Assembly (NCBI GenBank): GCA_965263355.1
Contig: CBDHHL010000049.1
Coordinates: 64,001-128,000 of the forward strand
Direction of reading: 5' to 3'
Origin: Leptolyngbyaceae cyanobacterium
GTDB lineage: Bacteria > Cyanobacteriota > Cyanobacteriia > Phormidesmidales > Phormidesmidaceae
Length of the DNA stretch: 64,000 nt
The translations under genes and the position numbers were made by a program. This document shows positions 11,601-21,700 of the stretch, one piece after another. Numbering within the stretch: the first letter of the stretch is position 1; each line of letters starts with the position of its first letter. A model generated the notes under the pieces. That model worked only from the letters and a program-made list of their open reading frames with translations. It did not search any database and had not been told where the DNA came from.

Positions 11601-14600
11601 CTTCCCTGCGACCGGGGCAGGAAGATAGACAACAGATGCTCAACAGTTTAGCTCAGCTCTATGTTCTTGGGGCTAAGGTTAACTGGCCAGCAGTTTCTCC
11701 CAAGACTCAGGAGCCCCTGCCACCGCTGCCCACCTATCCCTTCCAGCGTCAGCGTTATTGGATTGATCCAGCTCCAGCAGGTAGTAGGGCAGTTGCAAAA
11801 CAAAATTCCGCTAAGAGTCATCCCCTTCTAGGACAGCGACTGCGGATGGCAGGTCAGGCCAGTCGTCAGTATGAGACCCAGATTAAAGCATCATTCCCTG
11901 ACTACTTGTATGACCATCAGGTATTTGACCAGGTGATCATGCCCGCTACGGGCTTTATTGAAATGTCCCTGATGGCGGGGGCAAAAATGTTCAAGGGGGC
12001 TGCCCTGCAACTGTTACAGATGAGTGTGGAACGAGGCTTGTTGCTTAGCCATGAACAATGGACCACCCTGCAAACCCTGGTCACTAAAGGTGAGACCATC
12101 GACGATCAAACTGTACAACAAGTAGAGCTATACTCCCTGGATGGTGCAGACGAGTCCATGGCTGAGGAGGACGAGCCCATCTGGTGCCGTCATTGTGTGG
12201 CCCAGGTCGTTCCCCTCCAAGTATCTGAACAGCCTGTGGTGGATTTAACTACATATCAGCAACAGTGCTCAGAAGAAATTTCTGTAGAAGATCATTACAA
12301 TCTTTGCAGTCAGCGCGGCCTTAATTATGGCAACACTTTTCAAGGGATAGAACAACTGTGGCAGGGAGAGAATCAGGTGCTGGCCAAGCTACGATTACCT
12401 ACCCACCTGGTCACAGCCGCTGACTTTGCCCACTATCAGATTCACCCAGCTCTATTGGATGCCGCGTTCCAGACATTGGTCCATGCCATTGATGCCACTG
12501 ATAATCACACCTATTTACCCATCACTCTAGAACAGTTGAACTTTTATCAATCTCCTGGTGGAACAGTATGGGTCGTGGGTTCTGTAGACCAGAAAGGTCA
12601 GGGCATTATTGGCCAGCTAAAGCTAGTGGACAGTCAGGGACGGGTATGTGCCGAACTCAAGGGACTTCGGGTGATTCAGACCACCGCTCAGGTGCTGATG
12701 CAACAACTCCAGCCCAAGGTACAGGACAAACTCTATCAGGTGAGCTGGCAGTCACAGTCCCTGACTGATAAAAGCTTTGATAGAACAGAGGCTACTAGGG
12801 TAGAAGCGTCCGAACCTTGGTTACTACTAGCTACTCCAGCAATGGATCGTACGGGCTTAACAGACGCCTTTACCCAGGCTGGTCAGTCTTGCATTTGGGT
12901 GATACCTGGCAGCACCTACTATCAGTTGGACAAAAAGCTATACCAGGTATCTGCCAGGACTGAGGATTTAGTCAGTCTGTTGCAGGCTGTACCCAATGCC
13001 CGAGGAATTGTCTATCTGTGGTCTCTGGATAGCAATGAGGTCCACGGCGACACCCTGGCGTCTCTGGATATGACGGCGTGGTCTCAGCATCAGGGCTGCG
13101 GTCCCGTGTTAGCTCTAGTGCAGGTCCTGGTGGCTTCTGACTTAGAACAACTACCTCCGCTATATCTGGTGACCCAGGGCACCCAGGCAGTAGAGAGCGC
13201 TGATGAGGTGATCTTCCCTCTCCAGGCTACGGTGTGGGGACTGGGTCAAGTAATTACCCTAGAACATCCCGAACTTAACTGTCGCCGTATTGATCTGGCC
13301 CCTGAGTTAAGGACGGGTATGCAGTCCCAGACATTGGTTAGAGAACTGTCACAAGGTCAGACGGACAACCAGGTGGCTTATCGCCATGGCGAACGGTTTG
13401 TGCCCAGACTGTTGCGACAACAGCAAGTGAACGCACAACGACAACAGCAGCAAGTTATCGTACCCACCGATGTCCCCTTCCAACTGAAGTTGTCGGATTA
13501 CGGTCTAATCGATAATCTCCACCTGCAACTCATGGAGCGCCTTGTGCCCCAAGCCCAACAGGTGGAGATTGAAGTGATCAGCGTGGGTCTTAATTTCCGA
13601 GATGTGCTCAATGCCCTGGGTTTACTTCAGGAGTATTATCGTGAAGCCTTTGGCATCGAGCAGGCTAGTCAACTCACCTTTGGCTTTGAATGTACCGGAC
13701 GTATTGCCCGAGTAGGAGATGGTGTGGAGCAGTGGCAGGTAGGGGATGAGGTGATGGCTACCCTCTTGTTGGATGGCTTTAGCAGTTATCTCACTCTGGA
13801 TGCCAGTCAGGTTATGGCTAAGCCAACAACCATGACCTTTGATCAGGCAGCCACCCTGCCACTGAGTTTCTTGACGGCCTACTACAGTCTGGTGGAACTG
13901 GCCAAGTTACAGCCGGGAGAGAGAGTTCTGATTCACTCGGCTGCAGGGGGTGTGGGTCAGGCGGCGGTGCAGATCGCCCAGGCCATCGGTGCGGAAATCT
14001 ATGCTACAGCCAGCCCCGGCAAATGGGATACCCTGAAGCAAATGGGTATCAATCATGTGATGAATTCGCGCACCCTAGAATTTGCTGAGGAGATTCTCAA
14101 GACTACTAACGGACAAGGGGTGAGTGTGGTCCTTAATAGCTTTAATGGTGACTTTATTGACAAGAGTTTTGACGTTCTAAAACAGAACGGACGGTTTGTG
14201 GAAATTGGCAAACTGGGCATCTGGTCCGCTGAACACGCCAACCAAGTTCGACCGGATGCAGCCTATTTCCCCTTTGATTTAGGAGAAGTCGCTAGCCAAG
14301 ATCCTAACATTATTGCCACCATGGCCCAGTCCCTTGACCAACACTGGGAAGAGGGTACCTTATCTGCTTTACCCCACAGAGTGTTTGCGGTGGAGGAGAT
14401 TAAGGATGCCTTCCGGTTTATGCAGCAGGCTAAGCATGTGGGTAAAGTGGTTGTGCGCTGGCAGCCCCAGGCACAGACGCTGACCTTAAAGCCTGATGCC
14501 ACCTATCTAATTACGGGAGGGCTGGGGGCATTGGGTCTACATACCGCCCAGGGCCTGGTGAATCAGGGGGCTAAGCATCTGGTGCTGATGGGTCGGCGGG

Positions 14601-15724
14601 ATCCCTCGCAACAGGTCCAACAAACCCTGGATGAATTGTTGTTGCAGGGAACCAAAGTCTATCCAGTACGGGGGGATGTCACCAAGCTAGACGATGTGCG
14701 GCGGATTGTGGATTACATTCATCAGGAGTTACCTCCACTCAAAGGGGTTATCCATGCCGCCGGACGATTAGACGATGGTCTGTTGCACGGTCTCGATTGG
14801 CCCCGATTTGAAGCGGTTTTAGCTCCTAAAGTAACCGGCACCTGGAACTTGCATCAGGTCACCCAGCAACAATCTCTCGATTTCTTTGTCTGTTTCTCGT
14901 CGGTGGCTTCCCTGTTAGGCTCTCCAGGTCAGGGTAACTATGCTGCGGCCAATGCCTTTATGGATAGCTTGATGCAGTGGCGACGTCGTCAGGGTCTTCC
15001 CGGTGTGAGTATTAACTGGGGGCCCTGGGCAGATGGGGGCATGGCAGCTCAGCTCAGCGATAAACAACAGGCGCGGGTCCAGGCCAATGGCATCAGTCCA
15101 TTAACCACACAACAGGGCTTAATGGCACTTAGTCAGGTAGCCATGGGTAACGCTGCTCAGGTGGGCGTATTTGACATTAATTGGCACGGATTTTTGGCCC
15201 AGTTTGGGCGACAACCTATCCCCGATTTCTTTGATGCCTTTATGGGCCAAAAACAACAGCCGGAAGCGTCAGGACCACCTCCCCTGCTTCTGCAGCTAGA
15301 AGCGGCCCCCATTGCCGAGAGAACGGAGCTGTTGACGGAGTTGTTGCGAGGACAGGTGGCCAAGGTATTGGGGTTGAAGGAACCCCTGGCCATTGATGTG
15401 CGTCAACCTCTATTTGATTTGGGCCTGGATTCTCTGATGGCGGTGGAGCTAAAAAAACAATTGGAGACCAGTTTGGATATTTCGGTAGGGACCACCCTGC
15501 TGTTTGACTACCCTTCCATTGAAGCGTTGACGGAGTACCTCACCGATGCAGAGAGACTGCCCATAGAGTTTGTCGAAGTTGGTGCCCCGTCGAATGAAGG
15601 ACTCGGTTCCATGGCCTCTCCAGAAGAGGTGGAAAAGGACACCCTGGAGGAGAGTTTAGGAGACCTTTCTGACCTGGAACTGGCCCAGTTATTAGCTGCA
15701 GAATTAGATTTGGAGAACGTATAG
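2621..15724 (+). CDS. Bimodular cis-AT type I PKS: [KS-AT-DH-ER-KR-ACP]x2
   Basis: KS DTGCSSS/DTACSSS and HGTGT; AT GHSVG with HGFH (malonyl-type); DH DHCVFEQVIVP/DHQVFDQVIMP; ER LIHSAAGGVGQAA; KR GGLGALG, LDD, YAAAN; ACP GLDSLMA twice. Confidence 0.96.
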   Translation: MAIESRVESIAIIGVGCRFPGAQNPQAFWQLLKDGVDAITEVPKSRWDVDEFYFSEPATQGKMSTRWGGFVEPIDRFDPGFFNISPREAEHMDPQQRLMLEVAWEALEDASIVPDSLAGSRTGVFVGVGSYDYHKILTREPENAGPYSGLGTSNCITASRVAYALDLKGPNLSVDTGCSSSLVATHYACQSLQSGESDLCMVGGVNVILSPAISVAFSQARMMSPTGRCKAFDASADGYVRGEGCGVVILKRLSDALEDCDRILAVIKGTAINQDGTTNGITAPNGLSQQTLIKEAIANAGHSPAQLAYIEAHGTGTPLGDPIEFKALKAVMKDRPEDYTCWVGSVKTNVGHLEAAAGMAGLIKVILSLHYDWIPPHLHLNELNPYISLKGTALDIPKQGQPWPDVADTRVAGVSGFSFGGTNCHLVIEEPPLTVLERSESSLKEQLLTLSAKDEDALQELAGHYIDYIRNHPSIHLAELCSAANHGRTHFESRLAISAHTTDEVADQLQTFVASGKTSGNIVSGQRKRKRGLKVAFLFTGQGSQYSQMGAELYEQESVFQDAIDCCSEVLNPLLEVSLQELLYGETNGEDESLLNQTRYTQPCLFAVEYALAQLWQSWGIEPMVVMGHSVGEYVAATVAGVFSLADGLRLIAERGRLMQSLPSGGGMLSVLSSEAALASHLAHYDSKISIAAFNGPESTVLSGTLTAIESLAKDLTDAGIKVKRLKVSHGFHSPLMEPILEDFREIAGTIEYGVPKIKLISNLTGDIANPSIITPDYWVDHLRQPVNFAEGMNTLAEIKLDAYVEVGTKPILLGMGRQCIDFPENLWLPSLRPGQGDRPQLLNSLAHLYVRGAKVNWQTISPKLPQTIPSLPTYPFQRQRYWVDLDSPHTSRNQTLTNQQHSVHPLLGQAFQVAGHDTPYYETVISSVSPAYLGDHCVFEQVIVPATAFLEMVLAAAEQQFKQFPLCVESAQIKQGLLLTDQTTLQTTVHSQNGESCTVAVYSRLTQGNWQKHIAAQISLTDDRAASLDLAQYQTACGTEVTVAEHYVRCGERGLNYGDCFQGITQLWRGDSQAIAQVQLPASLLTDETLADYLIHPALLDAAFQVLTHAIDGNDRRTYLPISLEKLTLYRRPTGTVWALGEVSRGRRLRGTLTLMDSSGEIFARLEGLRVIPVTMKSLLRRLQPNGVDENLYQLTWVQKELQFSAAEVVRSHAPSPQQPPWLLFLNQNTPASQQLSTALVQKLTEAGHPSIRVLLGTKYAQLDEHCYQIRANHRNDLAQLLETIPTVQGIAYLWGTSDSHQPWQIDQAQNCGTLIALVQELAHSRTPEKYPLWVVTRGTQSIASAADVTQPQQASLWGLGRVITLEHPELQCRYIDLEAETGPKTCGQLLVQELLASQGDDNSDIAEQQIAYRFAYRQQQRYVARLERHAITPLDESNEAFQLRLSDYGLIDNLHLSSLERRTPNADEVEIAVDTVGLNFRDVLNTLGLLKDYYKDTFGIESADQLTFGFECAGRISTVGADVTHWQVGDEVIATLLMDGFSCYITVNEQQVMAKPSTMTSAEAATLPLSYLTAYYGLVSLAQLKPGDTVLIHSAAGGVGQAAVQIAQHIGAEIYATASQGKWSALRAMGIDHVMDSRSLDFAEQILDQTGGQGVDVVLNSFNGDYIPRTLNCLATNGRFVEIGKLGIWSTESMAEARVDVAYYPFDLGEVATQEPETLAALIQDLSKAWESGVLKALPYKEFERENIQDAFRFMQQTRHVGKVVIQWKQPTVTPVEITAEGSYLITGGLGALGLEVAKGLVERGARHLALMGRRGPKSAAEKVIAALEKQGAVIALVQADVSNADDIERAFQQVAQELPPLKGIVHGAGLLDDGLLYQMDWAQMERVMAPKVAGSWYLHQQSQTLDLDFFVCFSSMAALLGSPGQGNYAAANAFMDGLMDYRRGQGLPGQSIHWGPWGEIGMAAQLSAPQQQRLREGGLTPLNPQAGIQTLFDLIQNRSANTAVLPIEWSAFLSQFSSVPTVFNTIAPKRQHQPVIKQQQQLSPVVQQLQTLSTEERRNFLIDLLRSQVAKVVGRTDPKRIGMRQSLFDLGLDSLMAIELKSQLESNLQISVGNTLLFDYPTIESLVDYLLSDSQLATYFERKPQAVALSQKNLSAVPDIGDTEPIAIVGMSCRFPGGVTSPEEFWQLLYQGIDGISVVPKSRWNIDEYYDADPDAPGKIVTRFGGFVSNAENFDAGFFGIAPREAESLDPQQRLLLEVSWEALERAHQVPESLFNSLTGVFIGICSNDYTDRLAQVDTPQAYWGTGNALSVAAGRLSYVLGLTGPSMSVDTACSSSLVSLHLACQSLRQGECNLALAGGVNLLLSPGQSVVFSQAGMLSPDGRCKTFDASANGYVRGEGCGILVLKRLSDAQRDGDNILAMVRGSAVNQDGPSGGLTVPNGPSQQSVIRQALANGGVTPTEVSYIEAHGTGTSLGDPIEVAALGEVFRDHGQANPLLIGSTKTNIGHLEGAAGVAGLMKVILQLQYKQIVPHLHFSDPNGYIDWDNLPVKVPTAATEWQPSQQNRIAGVSSFGFGGTNCHVVLQEAPTSGQQSEISISSQEGPYLLTLSAKSQAGLEAVAQRYSAYLQQSEVALAALSGVVNCDRTHFPHRLAILTDTTEELSRALGNIHADNIITGQATIDQTPTVAFLFTGQGSQYLHMGKELYAQESVFREAIDRCSDVLNQLLDIPLQSLLYPENNNNGYGAVLTERLNQTQYTQPVLFAFEYALAQLWLSWGIQPSVVMGHSVGEYVAATIAGVFSLDDGLRLIAERGRLMQSLPAGGGMLSVLASEKMLKPYLEEIESEADRVSIAAFNGPESIVLSGSWDHLTRLEDKLTKAGIKTKQLAVSHGFHSHLMDPILEEFRRVVDQATIHAPSLKLISNLTGEVANETIATADYWVNHIRQPVMFSKGMHTLSENAVDAYLEVGAKPILLGMGRQYVTTSEATWLPSLRPGQEDRQQMLNSLAQLYVLGAKVNWPAVSPKTQEPLPPLPTYPFQRQRYWIDPAPAGSRAVAKQNSAKSHPLLGQRLRMAGQASRQYETQIKASFPDYLYDHQVFDQVIMPATGFIEMSLMAGAKMFKGAALQLLQMSVERGLLLSHEQWTTLQTLVTKGETIDDQTVQQVELYSLDGADESMAEEDEPIWCRHCVAQVVPLQVSEQPVVDLTTYQQQCSEEISVEDHYNLCSQRGLNYGNTFQGIEQLWQGENQVLAKLRLPTHLVTAADFAHYQIHPALLDAAFQTLVHAIDATDNHTYLPITLEQLNFYQSPGGTVWVVGSVDQKGQGIIGQLKLVDSQGRVCAELKGLRVIQTTAQVLMQQLQPKVQDKLYQVSWQSQSLTDKSFDRTEATRVEASEPWLLLATPAMDRTGLTDAFTQAGQSCIWVIPGSTYYQLDKKLYQVSARTEDLVSLLQAVPNARGIVYLWSLDSNEVHGDTLASLDMTAWSQHQGCGPVLALVQVLVASDLEQLPPLYLVTQGTQAVESADEVIFPLQATVWGLGQVITLEHPELNCRRIDLAPELRTGMQSQTLVRELSQGQTDNQVAYRHGERFVPRLLRQQQVNAQRQQQQVIVPTDVPFQLKLSDYGLIDNLHLQLMERLVPQAQQVEIEVISVGLNFRDVLNALGLLQEYYREAFGIEQASQLTFGFECTGRIARVGDGVEQWQVGDEVMATLLLDGFSSYLTLDASQVMAKPTTMTFDQAATLPLSFLTAYYSLVELAKLQPGERVLIHSAAGGVGQAAVQIAQAIGAEIYATASPGKWDTLKQMGINHVMNSRTLEFAEEILKTTNGQGVSVVLNSFNGDFIDKSFDVLKQNGRFVEIGKLGIWSAEHANQVRPDAAYFPFDLGEVASQDPNIIATMAQSLDQHWEEGTLSALPHRVFAVEEIKDAFRFMQQAKHVGKVVVRWQPQAQTLTLKPDATYLITGGLGALGLHTAQGLVNQGAKHLVLMGRRDPSQQVQQTLDELLLQGTKVYPVRGDVTKLDDVRRIVDYIHQELPPLKGVIHAAGRLDDGLLHGLDWPRFEAVLAPKVTGTWNLHQVTQQQSLDFFVCFSSVASLLGSPGQGNYAAANAFMDSLMQWRRRQGLPGVSINWGPWADGGMAAQLSDKQQARVQANGISPLTTQQGLMALSQVAMGNAAQVGVFDINWHGFLAQFGRQPIPDFFDAFMGQKQQPEASGPPPLLLQLEAAPIAERTELLTELLRGQVAKVLGLKEPLAIDVRQPLFDLGLDSLMAVELKKQLETSLDISVGTTLLFDYPSIEALTEYLTDAERLPIEFVEVGAPSNEGLGSMASPEEVEKDTLEESLGDLSDLELAQLLAAELDLENV

Positions 15725-15726
15725 TC

Positions 15727-18700
15727 ATGAGTCAGGTAATAAAGTCTAACAACGTATCATCATCCCAATCTAACGGAGCTAACGGCAATGGGGCCGCCAA
15801 TAATGGGGTGGACTACGGTGCTCTGATGAAAAAAGCCTTAGTAGAATTGCGGGAAACCAAGGCCAAACTCAAAGCTCTGGAGAAACGGGCAAATGAAGCG
15901 ATCGCAATCATTGGCATGGGCTGTCGATTTCCTGGCGGTGTCACCTCTCCAGAAGCATTCTGGCAATTGCTGAGTCAGGGGGTAGACGCCATTACCGAAG
16001 TGCCCAGCAACCGCTGGAGTATAGATGATGTGTACGATCCTGACCCCGAAACCCTGGGTAAAGTGGTCACCCGTTACGGGGGCTTTATTGACGAAGTCGA
16101 AACCTTTGATGCCAGATTCTTCGGCATTTCTCCCCGCGAGGTCCACAGCCTCGACCCCCAGCAGCGATTGTTGCTAGAGGTAGCCTGGGAAGCTTTGGAG
16201 GCAGCCTACTGTCTCCCTGAGCGTTTGTTTAATACTCCGACAGGTGTGTTTATTGGCATTTGCAACAACGACTACGGCAATCGTCTAGGGGCTACCGAAC
16301 TCCCTGAAGCCTACTGGGGTACGGGCAATGCCCTCAGCGTAGCGGCGGGGCGTCTGTCCTATGCTCTGGGGCTAACGGGGCCTAGCTTAGCAGTGGATAC
16401 GGCCTGTTCGTCTTCGCTAGTGTCAGTGCATTTGGCCTGTCAGAGTTTGCGCCAGGGAGAATGTAATGTGGCCCTGGCCGGTGGCGTCAACCTGTTACTG
16501 GCCCCTGGTCAAAGCATGATCTTTTCCCAAGCAGGCATGTTGGCCCCAGATGGACGTTGTAAAACATTTGACGCCAATGCCAATGGCTATGTACGGGGTG
16601 AGGGCTGCGGCATCATTATGCTGAAGCGACTGTCGGATGCTGAACAAGATGGGGATATTATTCTCGCCACCATTCGCGGCAGTGCAGTGAATCAGGATGG
16701 CCCCAGTGGTGGTCTAACGGTGCCCAATGGCCCCTCACAACAAACCGTGATTCGTCAGGCGCTGAAACAGGGTAATGTGAAGCCGGAACAGGTGAGTTAC
16801 ATCGAAGCCCATGGCACAGGTACCAGCCTGGGAGACCCCATCGAAGTGGCGGCTCTGGGTGAAGTCTTTAAAGAGCGCAGACAGAACAATCCGTTACTGA
16901 TCGGCTCTGCCAAGACAAACATTGGTCATTTGGAAGGGGCGGCGGGCATTGCCGGGTTGATGAAGGTGGTGCTTCAGCTACAGCATCGTCAGATTCCCCC
17001 CCATCTCCATTTCAACGAGCCCAATCCTTTTATTAACTGGGCTGAACTACCGGTAACAGTGGCCAACGATGGCACTGACTGGCAGCCCAACCAAGAAACC
17101 TGTATTGCTGGGGTAAGTTCTTTCGGCTTTAGTGGTACCAACTGTCACATTGTTCTCGAAGAGGCCATAAATCCTGTTGAGCCCAAGGAATCAGGAGAGG
17201 TAGAGATTCCCCAACGACCGATCCAGCTGCTTACCTTATCTGCAAAGTCACCTAAGGCGTTGCACGGACTAATAGCAGACTACAGCAGTTATATGGCCCA
17301 GGGAGATGTAGATTTAGCTAGTCTCTGTGCTGCTGCGAACACCGGTCGTACTCACTTTAACCATCGTCTGGTGATTTTGACGCAGGATAGCGTAGACCTA
17401 CAGCTCACCTTGGAGGCTTTTCAGGTCAGTGAGTCCATTGATGGGTTGGACTGTCCAGGAGCGATCATCGGTCATGTCAAAGGTAACCGGGTGCCTAAGG
17501 TGGCGTTTTTGTTTACCGGTCAAGGTGCCCAGTACATCAATATGGGTCGGGAGCTTTACCAAACCGAGCCCGTATTTCGTAAGTACCTAGATCGCTGCGC
17601 CCAGGGTCTGGAAGGAATTTTAGACTTGCCCCTGTTGGCACTGTTGTATCCTGAACTGTCGCAGGATCAGACTAATGACAACAGTGCTGAAACCATAGCG
17701 GAGCGCATTCACCAGACCGCCTACGCTCAACCCTGTTTGTTTGCGGTGGAGTATGCCCTAGCGCAACTGTGGTTTTCCTGGGGCATTAAACCCACCGTGG
17801 TTATGGGGCATAGCGTGGGCGAATATGTGGCGGCTACCCTGGCAGGTGTTTTTAGTCTGGAAGATGGTCTAAGGTTAATCACCGAGCGGGGGCGCTTGAT
17901 GCAATCTTTGCCCAGTGGTGGTGGCATGCTCTCTGTGCTGGCATCTGAGGAGATTCTTAAGCCCTATTTAGAAGAGATTAAGGGTGAAGAGGGTGAGAGT
18001 GAAGGGGGTACTATTGCTGCCGTCAATGGACCGGAAAGTACTGTAGTCTCTGGTTCTTTGGCTATTCTGGCTTGCTTAGCTAAGCGATTAAATGACGCTG
18101 ATATTAAGGTTAAACATCTCAATGTTTCCCATGGCTTCCATTCTCCAATGATGGAGCCGATTTTAAGTAAGTTTAAGGCATTTGCTCAACAGATTACATA
18201 TCATACCCCTTCCCTCAAGCTAGTATCCAACGTCACGGGGCAGCTTGCCGATAACAGTATTGCCTCTGCGGACTACTGGACTAATCATATTCGTCAGCCG
18301 GTGCAGTTTGCTCAGGGCATGGAGAGCCTGGTGAAGGCTAACATCGATACCTTTATTGAAATTGGCCCCAAACCTGTTCTACTGGGCATGGCTCGCCAGT
18401 TTGTTGCAGAAGGTATCTGGTTGCCCTCACTACAGCCTAAGGTAGCTGACGCCCATGGCAGCGAGTATTATCCTCTGCTCACCAGTTTGGCTCAGCTGCA
18501 TGTGGCAGGTTATCCCATTGCCTGGGATAACCTTGCTGCTCAAGGGCTACCGCTGCCTCGTCCCTTGCCCACCTATCCGTTCCAGCGCCAGCGATTCTGG
18601 GTGGATCCGGTATCACTGACGGGACATCAGCCTACGATATTAGCTAATTACAGTACGTTAGAAGATCAAGAAGAGATTGAGGAAAACGTTAAGACATTTC

Positions 18701-21700
18701 CCTTGCTCCACCAGCTTAGTGCTGTGTCGGTGGACGAGCGGAGTAATGTTCTCATCGCCAGTCTACAGACCCAGGTAGCAAGAATTATGGGAATGGACAG
18801 CCCCGATGAGGTAGATATTCACCAGTCCCTGACGGAATTGGGGCTGGATTCTCTAATGGGTGTAGAACTTAAGAATCGTTTGGAGTCTGCCTTGAATCTT
18901 TCCTTGCCGACGACCATTCTGTTCCAACATCCTGATATTGCAAGTCTTAGCAATCATTTAACCATAGAGTTTTTAGGTGCCGAGATTCTAGAACTGAATG
19001 GGAATTCTGCGACTAGTGCCCATATTATTCCTGTAGCGGATCGCACCCAATCCCTACCCCTATCCTACGCTCAGCAGCGCATGTGGGTCCTAGCCCAGCT
19101 AGAAGCCCTGGATGCCGCCTATCATCTGCCAGCAGCGATCAAACTCATCGGGGATTTGAATTATGGAGCCCTGGAAAAGTCTTTGACCCTGATCATAGAA
19201 CGCCACGAGAGTTTAAGAACGGTTTTTGTGGTTAGTGCGAGCGGTGAACTGGAACAACAGATCAAGGATGACGTTGTGGTTACGTTACCTATCGTCGACT
19301 TACAAGAGTTGGTACCTGCAGCCCAAACGGAAGTATTTAATCGACTATCGGACGAGAACGATGCTGCCTTTGACCTGACCACCGGACCTCTGTTCCGTCT
19401 TAAGCTGATTTGCCTGCAGCCCCAGGAACACATTCTGCTACTAAACTTCCACCATATTGTCTTTGATGGCTGGTCCAGTGGAGTGTTGATCCAGGAGTTT
19501 CGCGAGGTATATGGTGCCCTGGTGCAGGGAGAGTCTCCGCAACTGCCAGAGCTAACCGTCCAATATGCTGACTTTGTGCAATGGCAACGGCAACAGCTTC
19601 AGGGTCCAGTACTCAGTCAACACCTGGAGTACTGGACCCTGCAGCTAGCAGATGCTCCTCCCCTGCTAGAGCTACCCACAGACCGCCCCCGCCCCACTGT
19701 TCAAACTGTCAATGGAGCAATCTTTAACCAATCCTTATCGGACGAACTGTCCCAAAAGCTGCGCCAACTCAGCCAGTCAACAGCCAAAACCCTCTATATG
19801 ACCCTGTTGACTGGTTTTACTATTCTGCTTCATCGCTACAGTGGCCAAACCGATATCAGTATCGGCTCTCCCATTGCCAATCGTCCCCACCAGAAGCTGG
19901 AAGGGCTGATCGGCCTGTTCCTCAACACCCTTGTGCTACGCACTGATCTCTCTGGTAATCCCTCCGTAGCAGAGTTGTTAGAACGGGTGGAGAAAGTCGC
20001 CCTTGGTGCTTATGACCACCAGGATGTGCCCTTTGAGTATCTGATTGACCAGCTCAAGCCGGAGCGGCATAGGGATCATTCCCTATGGTTCCAGGTAATG
20101 TTTATTTTGCAAAACACGCCCCAACAGTCTCTGGGGGCTGCCAATGTAGACATGGCCTATCTGGAGCTCAAGAAAGCGGTCGCCAAGTTTGACATCACCC
20201 TTTCGGTAAAGGAACACGATACGGGTCTACAGTTGGAGTGGGAGTACAACACCGATCTATTTGACGCCAGTACCATTGAGCGCATGGCTCACCATTACGA
20301 GCGGGTGCTTGATGCCATGGTGGCGGATCTCCAACAGCCCATTGCCACCCTGCCTTTGTTATCTATAAAAGAACAGGCATCGCTGCTCTCTTTACCACAG
20401 AGTGACCTAGCTGTTTCCCCCGAAATCACCATCCACAGTCTGATTGAAGCCCAGGTTTATCAATCTCCTGATGCGATCGCACTACAATGGGAACACACCA
20501 CCCTCACCTACGCTGACCTCAACCAACAGGCCAATCAGCTAGCCCATCATTTAATTGAGCTAGGAGTGACCCCCGATACCCTATTGGGTCTGTGCATCGA
20601 ACGCTCGCCCCAGATGATTATCGCAGTGCTGGGGATTTTGAAGGCGGGGGCGGCCTATGTACCCCTGGACCCCACCTATCCCCAGGAGAGAATTGACTAC
20701 ATTGTGGCGGATGCCAGTATCGATATGGTGGTCACCACCGCCAATCTGGAAACTGTTATCGGTGCTAAGGCTCAGCGAGTCTATCTAGACAGCCAATGGG
20801 CAACCATTGCTCAGCAGCCCATCCAGAACCCAGATGTAACTGTCGCAGGGCAACATCTGGCCTATGCCATTTATACGTCGGGATCTACCGGCAAACCCAA
20901 GGGTGTATTGATTGAGCATGGTTCCTTGGTGAACTTTGTCCAGGGGGCTATTCAAGACTATGGGTTCACCGCTGAGGACCGAGTGCTGCAGTTTGCCTCC
21001 ATTAGCTTTGATACGGCAGCTGAGGAGATTTATCCCACCCTGGTGAGCGGGGCCACATTGGTGTTGCGTAATGATGCTAGTGCTAGTGGTGTCCAGGCTT
21101 TATGGCAACAGTGTCAAGACTGGCAACTGACGGTGTTGGACCTGCCGACGGCCTATTGGCAACAGTTAGTTGTGGACTGTGAACGGACCCACCAAACCTT
21201 CCCTAAAGATCTACGTCTAATCATCATCGGTGGCGAAAAAGTCTCCGTAGAAAGCGTCCGTCTGTGGCAACAGCTAGGTCACGGTGCTACTCCCCGCCTA
21301 CTCAACACCTATGGCCCCACAGAAACCACTGTCGTCGCCACCCTTTACGAAATTCCCAACAGTCCTACAGCAATGCTGGGTCAGGAAATCCCCATCGGTA
21401 AACCCCTACCCAATATTTTCACTTGCGTCTTAGACGCCCAGGAACAACTAGTGCCCGTCGGTGTCCCTGGCGAGCTGTACATTGGTGGCCCCGGTGTGGC
21501 TCGTGGCTACCTCAATCAGCCCGAGAAAACCGCAGCAAGCTTTATTCCTAACCTTCTACTCTCCCCCTCTCCTACTCTCCCCCTCTCCCCCACCCTTTAC
21601 AAAACCGGCGACCGAGTGAAGCGTCTGGCCAACGGCAACCTCGAATACCTGGGCCGTCTGGACCATCAGGTAAAAATTCGTGGCTTCCGTATCGAGCTAG

